Shown here: piece by piece, positions 52,713 to 64,000 of the stretch
Layout: each line of letters begins with the position of its first letter
Numbering within the stretch: position 1 is the stretch's first letter
Translations under genes and position numbers: made by a program
Assembly (NCBI GenBank): GCA_964016885.1
Contig: OZ024744.1
Location: 52,018,001-52,082,000 of the forward strand
Length of the DNA: 64,000 nucleotides
Reading direction: 5' to 3'
DNA from: Eledone cirrhosa
Taxonomy: Eukaryota
The notes under the pieces: model-generated
Databases searched by the model: none
Told to the model about the DNA's origin: nothing
The model's input: only the letters and a program-made list of their open reading frames with translations

Positions 52713-54738
52713 CTTGTCCTTCCTGAACATCAACTGCACCATTCACGTTAGTTTCAAAACAGCCTGCAAAGTTTGTGGTGGCGATCCATTCCTCTAGACC
52801 TAACAAAATAAATAAGAAAGTAGATAAATAGATAAATAAATAAATGATGGTTTAAAACGCCTAGAAGATATCTTGGAGATATGGGTTCAATTCCGTATTG
52901 CGGCCGACGACAACTTCTTTGCTCGTCTTTAAGAGTCTTCACCCTATTTTATAAGCTATTTTATAGCATCTCCCCACACGTGGAAAGCATTCTTTATACT
53001 TACTGTATCCCCTCAGCGCTTCGTAAAACTCCGATTGGTCGGCTACGTATACAAAATAGGAAAGCACCTATCAGCACCATCACATAATTTGGATGATGAC
53101 CAGAGAGATCTGTTGGTGTATTGTTCTTACAAATGGCGCACTCAATCGCTCTCCCTACATCATGTCGATCAACATTGACATCAAAACATTAGAGCTAGGT
53201 ATTATCTTATGAAGATATTAGGAGGATTCCTCTAGCCTCATCTATGGCTCAACAAATGCCGAACACCTTGACACGTTCTGTTGTGGAATATGGCAGTGAT
53301 ATCTTCGTCACTTGTCGCAGGATATGGAGACCTTTGATGGAGTTTGTATAGGATATTGCTCTACGTTTTTTTTTTCGACACTGTATATTCTTATAAACCG
53401 AGTCGGTATTCCAGTATATAACACTCTAGTCTGTCTCTAAAATGTGCCTCCTTCTTGTAATATACACTCACCGTTCTTCTAATTCCATCTTACAGTTTGG
53501 CATACAGACAAACCTTGTTTGACCGCATTACGAAGCCTGCATTCCTAAAGCACAGTCCACTGTCAGTCTCACAAATCATGTGACAAATTGTAAAACCATA
53601 TAACCCCACCACGGCTTTGGATATTTTCACAAAGGTGTTCCGCTGTAGAAATATTTTGTGATTTATTCATTGATTGTAGGCACTTATTGTATACATTTGT
53701 ATGAAAGTGAGGTCTTTTTAACTTTAGTAATGCACCTGTTTGAGATCTGTACCTTAAAAAAGGTTGCCTAATAAGCTTTAATGGTTGGAAAAGCCCTATC
53801 CATGTGAGTCATGTAATATAATTTGGTGGTCTGTCGGCTGCGATGATCATTTGTTACGACTGTAATTAATGGTACAAGAATACATTTAAGTTAACAGACG
53901 TTTAAGCTGTTTCCATTAAAACATTCTACTCTGGTATATGACATTCTAAATTGTTCGCCCTAATATGACATGATTCATTATAAAAAGCTAAATTACTATC
54001 ATCATTTTAATAGCTGATAACAAATAATATAATTTAAAATACGTTATCTGATTGTGTATCCGGTTTAGAATAGGCACACCATATTCCTGTCTGTCGTAAG
54101 AGGTGACTAAACCAGTTGGCACCAGAAAAAAGATTCCATGCTGTAAAACCTAGCCTTAAAAAGTATGCTACATCATGGAGCATGCAAGATTAACCCTTTC
54201 AGTAATGATGGAAATGGCCTTAAAACGATTGTTTTAAGCAAGAAAATTAGAGTCCGAACGAGGATGGCGGAAAGTAAGGTGTGTGTGTGTGTGTGTGTAG
54301 ATGTAAGTGTGAGAGTCTGGAAGGAAGCGAGTGTATGTGAATGTGGGTTTTGAAAAACCATTGTGTGTGTGTTGGGGTGGAGTGTATATCTGTGTGTGTA
54401 TAGTCCCTGTATGTGTGTGTGTGTGTGTGTGGATGGAGAAGAACGGATGGGATGAGATGAGATCATGTCAAATCCGGAGGTGGTGTGCGGTAACGTATGG
54501 GTGTATGTGTAGATGTGCATGTGTGTGTGTGTATGTGTGTGTTTTTGTGTGGTTAAAAGCAGGGATGCATGGTGTGTATGTAGGTGATGTGGGTTCGGGT
54601 AAGGTGCGTTTTGGGTGTGTGCGGAAATGGTACAATTGTCTGTGTGTGTCTAAGTTTCCAAATGGATATTGGTGTGTGTGTGTGTGGATGGTAAAGATCC
54701 GAACGTATACGAGGTGGATTTTTAAGTGGGGTAAATTC

Positions 54739-54884
<146 letters not shown>

Positions 54885-54894
54885 TAGATATATA

Positions 54895-55777
54895 AAATAT
54901 GAGAAACGTAAAATAAGAAAATTAAAAATTAACTTACTTACTAAAATATCACTTCCAACTAATTAGTTTCTGGAATGGAGTAAATATATTTTCCGAAGAA
55001 GATATTGAAAAGCATTCCGTCGTCAGGGAAGTCTTTTTTCATCCAAGTTACCAGGCAAGGCGAGGACTTCGGAAACTTAATAAAAAATAATTCAGTGGAT
55101 AGGAAATAGCAAAGCGTGGACTGAATTCCTAGCCATTGAGAAAATCACTGCCTCTACGTCTGTGGCAAATTCAAAAAGAATAAATCACGTGACATCGAGG
55201 TCAATCAGTGGAAAGTGGTTTGCTAATAAGACAGCGGCCTGCCTACTACTATAGCAGCAGTCATGGCCAATATTGCTCGACAAATAATTTGGAGATAATT
55301 ATAAAGGATTTATATCTAGTAACATATATATACATACAGATGCATATCAATACTAGCAAATATATAGGTTTTGTCTTAGTAAAATTGTGGTTCAATGCAT
55401 GGGGTTGCAGAACAATAATATGAGAAACGTAAAATAAGAAAATTATAAAATTAACTTACTTACTAAAATATCACTTCCAACTAATTAGTTTCTGGAATGG
55501 AGTAAATATATTTTCCTATCCACTGAATTATTTTTTAATAAGTTTCCGGAGTCCTCGCCTTGCCTGGTAACTTGGATGAAAATAGACTTCCCTGACGACG
55601 GAATGCTTTTCTATATCTTCTTCGGAAAATATATTTACCAAGTTTCTTATTTTACGTTTCTCATATTATTGTTCTGCAACCCCATGCATTGAACCACAAT
55701 GTTACTAAGACAAAACCTATATATTTGCTAGCATTGATATGCATCTGTATGTATAAATATGTTACTAGATATAAATC

Positions 55778-55790
<13 letters not shown>
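54895..55790 (-). mobile_element. (TA)n-flanked retrozyme/Penelope-like non-coding element; 522-bp period plus inverted segments
   Basis: 54896-54994 recurs at 55417-55515; 55516-55640 and 55645-55790 are reverse complements of internal parts. Confidence 0.72.
54951..55032 (-). ncRNA. Type I hammerhead ribozyme motif
   Basis: ACTTCC-CTGACGA-c GGAATG...CATTCC a-GAAA-CTAATTAG-TT-GGAAGT; perfect 6-bp stems I and II; palindromic stem III. Confidence 0.85.
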
Positions 55791-55810
<20 letters not shown>

Positions 55811-55811
<1 letters not shown>

Positions 55812-56725
55812 GAGGTGTGTCAGAAAAGTTCCAGGACTGACGTCACACAAGATTTATCTCAAACTCAAACTTCACACTAAGAGTTTTCTCTTCAAAGTAA
55901 TCCCCCTGGAAACTAATGCACTTTTCTATCCTTTTCTGCCACGCTTGCATGCACTCCTGGAAGGATTCTTCCGGGATCCTCCGCAGTTCCGTCGCCACGG
56001 CCTTTTTGATGTCGTCCACGTCTTCAAAACGGGTCCCCTCCGGGGCGTACTCGAAGATCCATGACTCGTCACCGGTGATGACTGTCTATAGCAAGTCTGG
56101 TTCGGTTCCAAGACGCTCGAGGATGTCCTGGCACACATGCATGCGTCGACCCTTCTGGTCATCGTTCAGCAGTTTTGGCACAATCTTCGCGCAAACTTTC
56201 CGCATGTCCAAATCTTCAGTGAGAATCTTCCAGACGCTGTCCCGATTCATGCCCAGCTCATTTGCCATCAGCTGAACAGTCAGCCGACGATCGCTACGCA
56301 CCATCTGCCTGACGCGCTCAACGTTGACCTCAGTCCTGGTTGTTAAGGGACTTCTGCTCCTGGGGTCATCTTCCACGTCCTCGCGTCCTTCTTTAAACCT
56401 CTTGCACCACTCAAAATCACGTGAGCGTGACATCGTCTCATCTCCATACACTTACTGCAGCAATAACAGTGCTTCTGACGGAGTTTTCCCCAAACGTACC
56501 AGAAACTTCAAGTTTGTTCGTTGCTCTGTGCTCATTGCTTGACGACCTGAAACAGGTGACATGTATATAACATTATGAAGAAAAAGTTTGATCGCTGCAG
56601 AGAGCTAAGATTACAGTTACATGCTCCAGGGGGATTACTTTGAAGGAGAAAACTCTTAGTGTGAAGTTTGGGTTTGAAATAAATATTTTGTGACATCAGT
56701 CCTGGAACGTTTCTGACACATCTCG
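55811..56725 (-). mobile_element. mariner transposon, internally deleted, ~100-bp TIRs, TA target
   Basis: TIRs cgaggtgtgtcagaaaagttccaggactga / tcagtcctggaacgtttctgacacatctcg; EWCKRFKEGR, RKVCAKIVP, TGDESWIFEY joined to the C-terminal GDYFE. Confidence 0.93.
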
Positions 56726-56756
56726 TATATATATATATATACGGGATGTATATATA

Positions 56757-57393
56757 TATACGGGATGTTTGTTTACAAACACACCGAGCATTATAATAAA
56801 TGTTCGGTGAATCCATACGTACATATATATATGTGTGCATGTATGTATATATATATATATACATACTACTGTACGTCGGTATGCCTATATCTATGTACGT
56901 GTACATACTTATATTTAAGTAACAGCCGTACTAAGAGTGGGAAATGAAATATCGTTTCATTTTTTCCGTTTATCGTTTTCGGTGCACCCGGCCGATTAAC
57001 CCACTCGATATGCAAATTGGGCTACTCAGCCGTTAATATGCATAAGGTAAGTATATACGTTCAACAATCTGGCAGGAAGGTATACGTTGCTGACGATAGC
57101 TAACAAGCTTGAAACTAGTACAGCGTTCCTTTGTCAGTGTTGAACAAACGAGCAACGGTGGTTGCTAGACACTACGGCTTAATACGGGATGTTTGTTTAC
57201 AAACACACCGAGCATTATAATAAATGTTCGGTGAATCCATACGTACATATATATATGTGTGCATGTATGTATATATATATATACATACTACTGTACGTCG
57301 GTATGCATATATGTATGTACGTGTACATACTTATATTTAAGTAACAGCCGTACTAAGAGTGGGAAATGAAATATCGTTTCATTTTTTCCGTTT
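56757..57393 (+). mobile_element. Retrozyme-like element: 1.5 tandem copies of a 424-bp unit with one hammerhead
   Basis: 56757-56972 is repeated at 57181-57393; (TA)n on both sides. Confidence 0.75.
57084..57126 (+). ncRNA. Minimal type I hammerhead ribozyme
   Basis: ACGTTG-CTGACGA-t AGCT aaca AGCT t-GAAA-CTAG-TA-CAGCGT; predicted cleavage after 57120. Confidence 0.88.
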
Positions 57394-57446
57394 ATATATA
57401 TATATATATATATATAGTTATGTAATAAACAACATAAAATATTTAT

Positions 57447-57508
57447 TTCATTTACTAGTCGTTTCTTGAAGACAGATACTTATGTCTGTCTTCATTCATC
57501 AGAATAAA
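57447..57508 (-). ncRNA. Type I hammerhead motif, left member of a divergent pair
   Basis: TTTATT-CTGATGA-a TGAAGACAGA cataagta TCTGTCTTCA a-GAAA-CGACTAG-TA-AATGAA. Confidence 0.82.
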
Positions 57509-57540
57509 TATTTATTAAATAGTAATATGGATTTGAAAAT

Positions 57541-57605
57541 ATTTCTTCTGATGAGTGAAGATAGAAATAAGTATCTGTCTTCAAGAAACTACTAGTAAAT
57601 GAAAT
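57541..57605 (+). ncRNA. Type I hammerhead motif, right member of a divergent pair
   Basis: ATTTCTT-CTGATGA-g TGAAGATAGA aataagta TCTGTCTTCA a-GAAA-CTACTAG-TA-AATGAAAT. Confidence 0.8.
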
Positions 57606-57752
57606 AATTATCTTATGTTGTTTATTACATAACTAAAAAGCTCTGTAGCCTACATAGAGCACTCTCTTTTCCTTTACCTTTCCTACGGAAATACTTCATA
57701 TATATATATATTAAGAGGGTGTTAAAGTTTGCTTGAAGCATTGTGAAATGTG

Positions 57753-58205
57753 TAAAATATGTAGTTTAGAAAGCCACAACAATGCAGATGGGAAATCTCG
57801 AGGTAGGAAGTGAGTGAGAAATAGGAGAAAAGTGAAAATTGAGAGAAACGAAAATGAAAACAAACAAAGGTAGAAGGGTTACCGTAGTAGAGATTTAATC
57901 CCAATATTTAGGGCTCACGCCCATCAACGGGGGAAAGTTCCAAAAGGGGGGAACAGGCTAAGCCGGAGAAAGTTGTATTGTCGTTAAAACCGGCTTAGCC
58001 TGTTCCCCCCCTTTTGGAACTTTCCCCCGTTGATGGGCGTGAGCCCGAAATATTGGGATTAAATCTCCACTACGGTAACCCTTCTACCTTTGTTTTGTTT
58101 TCATTTTCGTTTCTCTCAATTTTCACTTTTCTCCTATTTCTCACTCACTTCCTACCTCGAGATTTCCCATCTGCATTGTTGTGGCTTTCTAAACTACATA
58201 TTTTA
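57753..58205. repeat. Inverted repeat with ~215-bp near-identical arms and ~23-bp spacer
   Basis: 57753-57966 is the reverse complement of 57990-58205. Confidence 0.9.
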
Positions 58206-58279
58206 TATATATATTAATATAAGAAAGTATTGCACCAAGAAAAATAAAACATCGGTGTGAAAAGATTATGAATTTATTT

Positions 58280-58387
58280 GCCTTAACATGTGTTTCTTTA
58301 TTATAAATTGTCTACATATGCTGACTACAATATATATTGTTCAATCATATGCAATACTTAATTATTTATTACACTTCATCAGAAAGC
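58280..58387 (-). ncRNA. Type I hammerhead motif with long AT-rich stem II
   Basis: GCTTT-CTGATGA-agtgtaATAAAT...ATTTATaataaa-GAAA-CACATG-TT-AAGGC; inner hairpin catatg...acaatatatattgt...catatg. Confidence 0.62.
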
Positions 58388-58814
58388 CTATAGTATTGTA
58401 ATTAAACTATTCATCACGAAGTAGAATTCAGTAATGAGATGTTCGTTTAAGAAAATATAAATAAGTTAAAAATAGCCTCAAATACACACATATATAAATT
58501 ATATATCTTAAATTGACAAACCATTAGTATTATGTCCACATATATAGAACAAATAATTTATATACCTACTTCAAGCCTAAATCATTTAGACACATCTGTT
58601 TCGTAAAATCGCAGGGAAGATACATACCATCGATATTTTTTTTAACTATATCGTTTTAACTGGTATACTTGATGTATGGGGTCATTGAGGGCTGGTGTGT
58701 GTGTGTGTGTGTGTTTGTGTGTGTGACCAAACCAATGGAGGTATCTTTTGCACTCGTTGGTTTGACAGGGGCTTATAATATTGGAGGAAAAGGGCGGATA
58801 ATTAGTTACATTAA

Positions 58815-59001
58815 CCCTTTAGAATCTACCTTACTCTATATTTACTATTGTATGTTCTTGGGAAAAGGCTTTATCTCCAGGATATTGAATCTATGAGATT
58901 TTGATATTATTTATTTTGAGAACAAATACCTTAACAGCCGGTTTGAATAGAAAGAGGTGAGGCAATTCTGGCCGGATATGGCCGGTTTAAATGTTAAAGG
59001 G
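58815..59001. mobile_element. piggyBac-like MITE
   Basis: TTAA|CCCTTTA ... TAAAGGG|TTAA. Confidence 0.65.
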
Positions 59002-59004
59002 TTA

Positions 59005-59152
59005 ATAGAGCGTCGGAGATGTTTTGCGGCGTATAGTTACGTCCCTTTACGTTCTGAGTTCAAATCCCACCGAGGTTAGCTTAGCCTTTTATCCTTACGG
59101 GTTCAATAATGTAAAGCTCCAGTAACACACTGGCGTAAATTTAACCGACTTC
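59005..59152 (+). mobile_element. tRNA-derived SINE, same family as 46577
   Basis: ttctgagttcaaatcccaccgaggttagcttagccttttatccttacggg. Confidence 0.75.
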
Positions 59153-59228
59153 CACTTCCCTTCAAACGTCGTGTGTGAAGCTAAAAAAAGCGAACTGACG
59201 AAGCGCGGAGGAAATAATTTATAAAATA

Positions 59229-60145
59229 CTAGCAGTGGTACCCAGCGTTGCACGGGATAAGGTATTTTGGAACGCGGGCCGCCAACAGACCTAATCGTGG
59301 AAAAACCGCATGCGTGGACAATATGTAAAGAAAATAAACCGAATACTCTGATGGCTTGATAATCTTTAAGATTTTCCTCGATGAAACAGGAAAAATGCAG
59401 GTTTTCACCTAATGCGGCCCCTAGGGATCAAGAAAACGAATTTTTTCATGTGCATAATATGCCTTGAATTTCGGGAAAATCGGCTAGACATAACGCCCCA
59501 AAAAGCCCTAAAAAGTTGAATTTAGGCCATAAAAAATGGATTTTCTTTGCTCACGATATGAAGAAGAGACTGACTAATACATAATTACAATTTCAAGGAA
59601 ATCAGTCTGACGTAACGACTCAAAAAACCCCTAAAAACCTGAAAAAACGCGGTTTTTCAACTAATGCAGGCCCTAGGGGATCAAAAAGTTGAATTTATAT
59701 GTGCATAACACTCCCTGAAACATAAGTAATACACATGTAAAGTTTGAAGAAGGTCGGTTGGGTACTTCTCAAGTTTTAGGGATTAAAACTTACAGACACA
59801 CACACACTCACACACACACACAGAGACACACACAGACAGACATCCTCAGGGAAGTGACGTAATGCAGGCAGTCAGACATACAAACAGATATTATAAGGGC
59901 GCGACGTTATATGTATGTATATCTAAAAAGCGAAAGACTAAGAATTATAGAGAGAGATCGCTAAATCGCCTAATGCGGTCCCTAGGGCATTGAAACTTTG
60001 AAATTTTATTTTTGCTCAGAACACTCCCAGAAACATAAGTATTACATGTGTAAAGTTTGAAAACAGTCGGGTGGGTGGTTCTCGAGTTTTAGGGATTCAA
60101 ACTCACACACACACATACAGACATCATCAGTTTTATATATACAGA
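59229..60145 (-). mobile_element. Non-autonomous Helitron (917 bp)
   Basis: 5' A|TCTGTATATATAAAA; 3' CCCGTGCAACGCTGGG-taccactgCTAG|T; internal duplications; termini resemble the 3146-7648 element. Confidence 0.85.
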
Positions 60146-60538
60146 TAGCGATCTTTACCCAATTTTCATAAGCTTTTTTTATAGCAACTGTCTGTAATCG
60201 TAGCCATGTTCTGCGCTTGAGTATCCTACATCTTATATAAATAAATACATATATGCTTATACATACGTACATATATATATATATACACACACACACACGC
60301 GCACACACACACACACACATACATATATATATGTATGTGTGTATGTAGGTACATGTGAAAAATAAAATTTTACATGCAAATAAGTTTATATTATTCCTGA
60401 GGTAAAATACAATGAAACGTTATTAACAATTTGTGAATAACAATGAGTAGAAATAATTTTGTTTGTTTCTCCCCCCCCCTCCCTTTCTCCCTCTCTCTCC
60501 CCCACTATCTCCCCCCTCTCTCTCTCTCACTCTCTCTG

Positions 60539-60595
<57 letters not shown>

Positions 60596-60678
60596 GTATA
60601 TATATATATGTATATATATAAACATACACTGCATAGATAGATAGATATCAATATGTATTTATGTTTATATTTATATAC

Positions 60679-60940
<262 letters not shown>

Positions 60941-60942
60941 TA

Positions 60943-60975
<33 letters not shown>

Positions 60976-61517
60976 CATAAAACTTTCCCTGCTCTGCCAT
61001 CTCGCCATCCCTTCTCTTCATCTCATAACCAATTACATATACCCACACGTAACCACCACATCACATCATCTCGTCTTTCCCTGTCCCTCTTCCTCTCCCT
61101 GTCTCCCACTTCCTCTCCCTCTCCTCTTCCTCTCCTTCACCCACCATTCCTCTCCTTGTCTCCCTGCCCCTCCTACCCCCCCCCCCCTCTTCATATTTCT
61201 CCCTTCCTATCCCTCTTCTATTATATTACGTAGTCTCATAGCTTACTGTCTTGCTGTTATCACCCTTTAATAAAAACTTAACGAGAAAACCTATTCACTG
61301 ATCCCCCTCCCTGCTCTCTCTCTCACCCCCCCCTCTCTCTATGATATTGGACTTCTGCTCCGCCGCGAACGAGACAATAAATAGCTGCTATATATTACAC
61401 TATAATGTTTAATTGCTTTTTCGTTATGGATTTCACGTGATATATGACGAGTTGTGGTTACCTCTCCTAACGCGCCCATCACCTATAAATTAATAAAGCC
61501 TAACAGCTCTCTCTCTC

Positions 61518-61562
<45 letters not shown>

Positions 61563-61739
61563 CTCTCTCTCTCTCTCCCTCTCTTTCTGTGTGTGTGTCT
61601 CTCTCCTTTTCTCCACTTACAGATCGAATTCTACACTTTTATAGGCTGCATTAGATTCTTTGTTGTTTGTGTTTATATATATATATATATATATAACGCA
61701 TGCTGACATACATGCATGCATGCATACATACATATTGCA

Positions 61740-61898
61740 TGTACACATGTACAGATACAAAACACATGCACATGCACACATACAATAACATCCATACCTG
61801 CACACACATACATGCAGACATGCAGACATAATCTACCCAGTTGATGTTGTGTAAATTCCAATGAGAGAGTCTATGTTAAAAACCGACTCTCTCTCTCT
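61740..61898 (+). repeat. Dispersed repeat also present at 44688-44872
   Basis: Shared acacatgtacagataca...agttgatgttgtgtaaattccaatgagagagtc...aaccgactctctctct. Confidence 0.75.
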
Positions 61899-62159
61899 CA
61901 GTGTTTGTGCAAGGCTCTTCCATTGGCATTAAGCAGGGTGTGTTGATCGAAAAACTGCAACTCTCATTGTCAAAGCCGACGGAGTTCCAACAGCAACAAC
62001 TGAAAGTATTGCAATTTAAACAAAATTCTGCTCTATTTTTATCCCGTTGAAGATAAGTCTAGTTACCCCTCCCGTTTCAAACAGTAATTACTCACTTCAT
62101 CATTGCTGCATATTGTTATACTGGATGCTTAATAAAATTTAATATCGGAAGTGCTGGTG

Positions 62160-62549
62160 ATAAAGACATTGCGTTCATGATGAAGACATGGATACTACAC
62201 GTTCATCTCAGCTGACACCTTGCCAGACATTTTCTCAGGGTCTATTTGTAAAGGACTGGTCTATATCCAAGGTCCATCCCCACTTTTCTTGCAAACCTAG
62301 AAGAACTCAAGAAGAGAATGACTGTAGTATTGGACACTGTTAGTCAAAACATGCTGCAGTATGTTTGGTGGAAGTTGGGTTACAGACATGACGTTGCTGT
62401 ATCTCAGGTGGTGAGCATCTTGAACATTTGTGAAATCCGTCATGGAAACCACATACACCTGAAATTCTCATTCAAATTTTGAGGAATAAATCATTGTCCT
62501 AGGCTTTATAGTTTCTAAAATTATTTCAAATTCTTTGAAACATCTTGTA
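62160..62549 (+). mobile_element. Decayed Tc1/mariner-superfamily transposase C-terminus with right end
   Basis: Hand translation RSSQLTP...FVKDW.Y...NLEELKKRM...GGEHLEHL*; end tttgaaacatcttgTA. Confidence 0.65.
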
Positions 62550-62607
62550 TTTGTAAAGGCGTATTGTTTAGTGGTTAGTGTATTCGTTTCCTGGTTGTAA
62601 AGTCGGA

Positions 62608-63142
62608 ATTTCCACCCCACCCTCCTGCAGATTTAATTTCCACCACACCTAATCGTAAGTTAAATTTCCACCCCACCTTCTCCTAAGTTTAATTTCTACC
62701 ACACCCTCTCCCAGTTTAATTACCACACCACCCTCTCCTAAGTTTAATTTCCACCCCACCCTCTTCTATGTTTAATTTCTACCCCAACCTCTCCTATGTT
62801 TAATTTCTACCCCACCCTCTCCTAGGTTTAATTTCTACCCCACCCTCTCCTAGGTTTCATTTCCTCCCCACTCTCTCCTAGGTTTAATTCCTACCCCACC
62901 TTCTCCCAAGTTTAATTACCACACCACACTTTCCTAAGTTTAATTTCTACCCCACCCTCTTCTATGTTTAATTTCTACCCCACCCCCTCCTAGGTTTATT
63001 TCCACCCCACCCTCTCCTAGATTTAATTACCACACCACCCTCTCCTAGGTTTAATTTCTACCCCAACCTCTCCTATGTTTAATTCCCACCCACCACAATC
63101 TCCTAGGTTTAATTTCCACATCATCAATATCTCTAAGGTTTA
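62608..63142. repeat. ~28-bp minisatellite (cctaggtttaatttctaccccaccctct)n
   Basis: Tandem units seen directly. Confidence 0.9.
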
Positions 63143-63245
63143 AGTCTAGCTTTTCAAAGTTTTATTTAAAATGTTAATCTGGATCCTAAAACTCCAATGA
63201 TAATTAACAAAATCTTAACATTGTCAGCGTCTTTATGCTACAAAC

Positions 63246-63260
63246 ACCTCCACCACTACC

Positions 63261-63340
<80 letters not shown>

Positions 63341-63372
63341 TACTACTACTACTACTACTATTGCTGCTACTG

Positions 63373-63455
<83 letters not shown>

Positions 63456-63474
63456 ACTGCTACTTCTGCTGCTG

Positions 63475-63546
<72 letters not shown>
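63246..63546. repeat. (TAC)n/(TGC)n trinucleotide repeat
   Basis: Seen directly. Confidence 0.95.
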
Positions 63547-64000
63547 ACAAGAACACAACCAAGGGAGAAAAAGAGAGAAAGAAAATGAAGGAGACTCGTG
63601 GTGAAAACCATACCTCACATCCATTTCAGCTTCAAAAAATGTTTCTTGTTAGACGTGGGAGCTTTCAAGAAATCCTAAACGAAGAGAACAAAAGAATAAC
63701 TGGAGACCTGAGTGATTCTGAGAAAATGATTCATTCCCACCTCTTTATTTATCTTCCATCGTCTCCTCCGCATTTTCCTTCACCTCATCTTCCTTGTCTT
63801 CCTCCTACTATTCCTCTACACACACTATCACCTCTCTATTTATACCTCTCACTCCTCCTCGAACAACACTACTGAGAATAAAAATGCATGTGCTTTGGGT
63901 CAGCATGAACGTAGGAATATCTTCTCAAAGCTGCGATGTCAAAACATTTAAATGTAGTAACTACCAACGAAACCAGACTTCCATTACACGGACAACTGTT

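Noticed and set aside
51953-52806. 100-257-aa ORFs in several frames
   Set aside because: Products of the 13-14-bp minisatellite
53000-53900. Possible very old LINE RT remnant (ALDI..K.F-like trace near 53615)
   Set aside because: Too decayed to support without a translated search
62608-63142. Regular ~28-bp repeats considered as a CRISPR array
   Set aside because: Contiguous tandem units with no unique spacers, no cas genes, and a eukaryotic context

Overview
Repeat-saturated animal genomic DNA with no recognisable host gene. The (TA)n/(CA)n richness and SINE types suggest a cephalopod such as Octopus (inference). Main contents: (1) a 4.5-kb internally deleted Helitron (3146-7648, minus) with both termini intact; (2) a ~27-kb cluster of Tx1/L1-group LINEs (10715-38738), five in the same orientation, each with its 3' end joined to (ATCT)n/(GATA)n; (3) an 8.68-kb near-identical direct duplication (7572-16254 = 19526-28206) that exactly brackets the least-degraded, 5'-truncated LINE copy and reads as a giant target-site duplication; (4) at least 10 distinct type I hammerhead-ribozyme motifs from about 7 unrelated short repeat families, plus a permuted type II candidate, in (TA)n-flanked direct or inverted repeats resembling Penelope-like pLTRs or retrozymes, one of them split by the Helitron; (5) RTE, RLE-type LINE, mariner, Tc1-like, piggyBac-like MITE, non-autonomous Helitron and tRNA-SINE relics, and many simple repeats. 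All structures were read by eye. No alignment, folding or database search was run.
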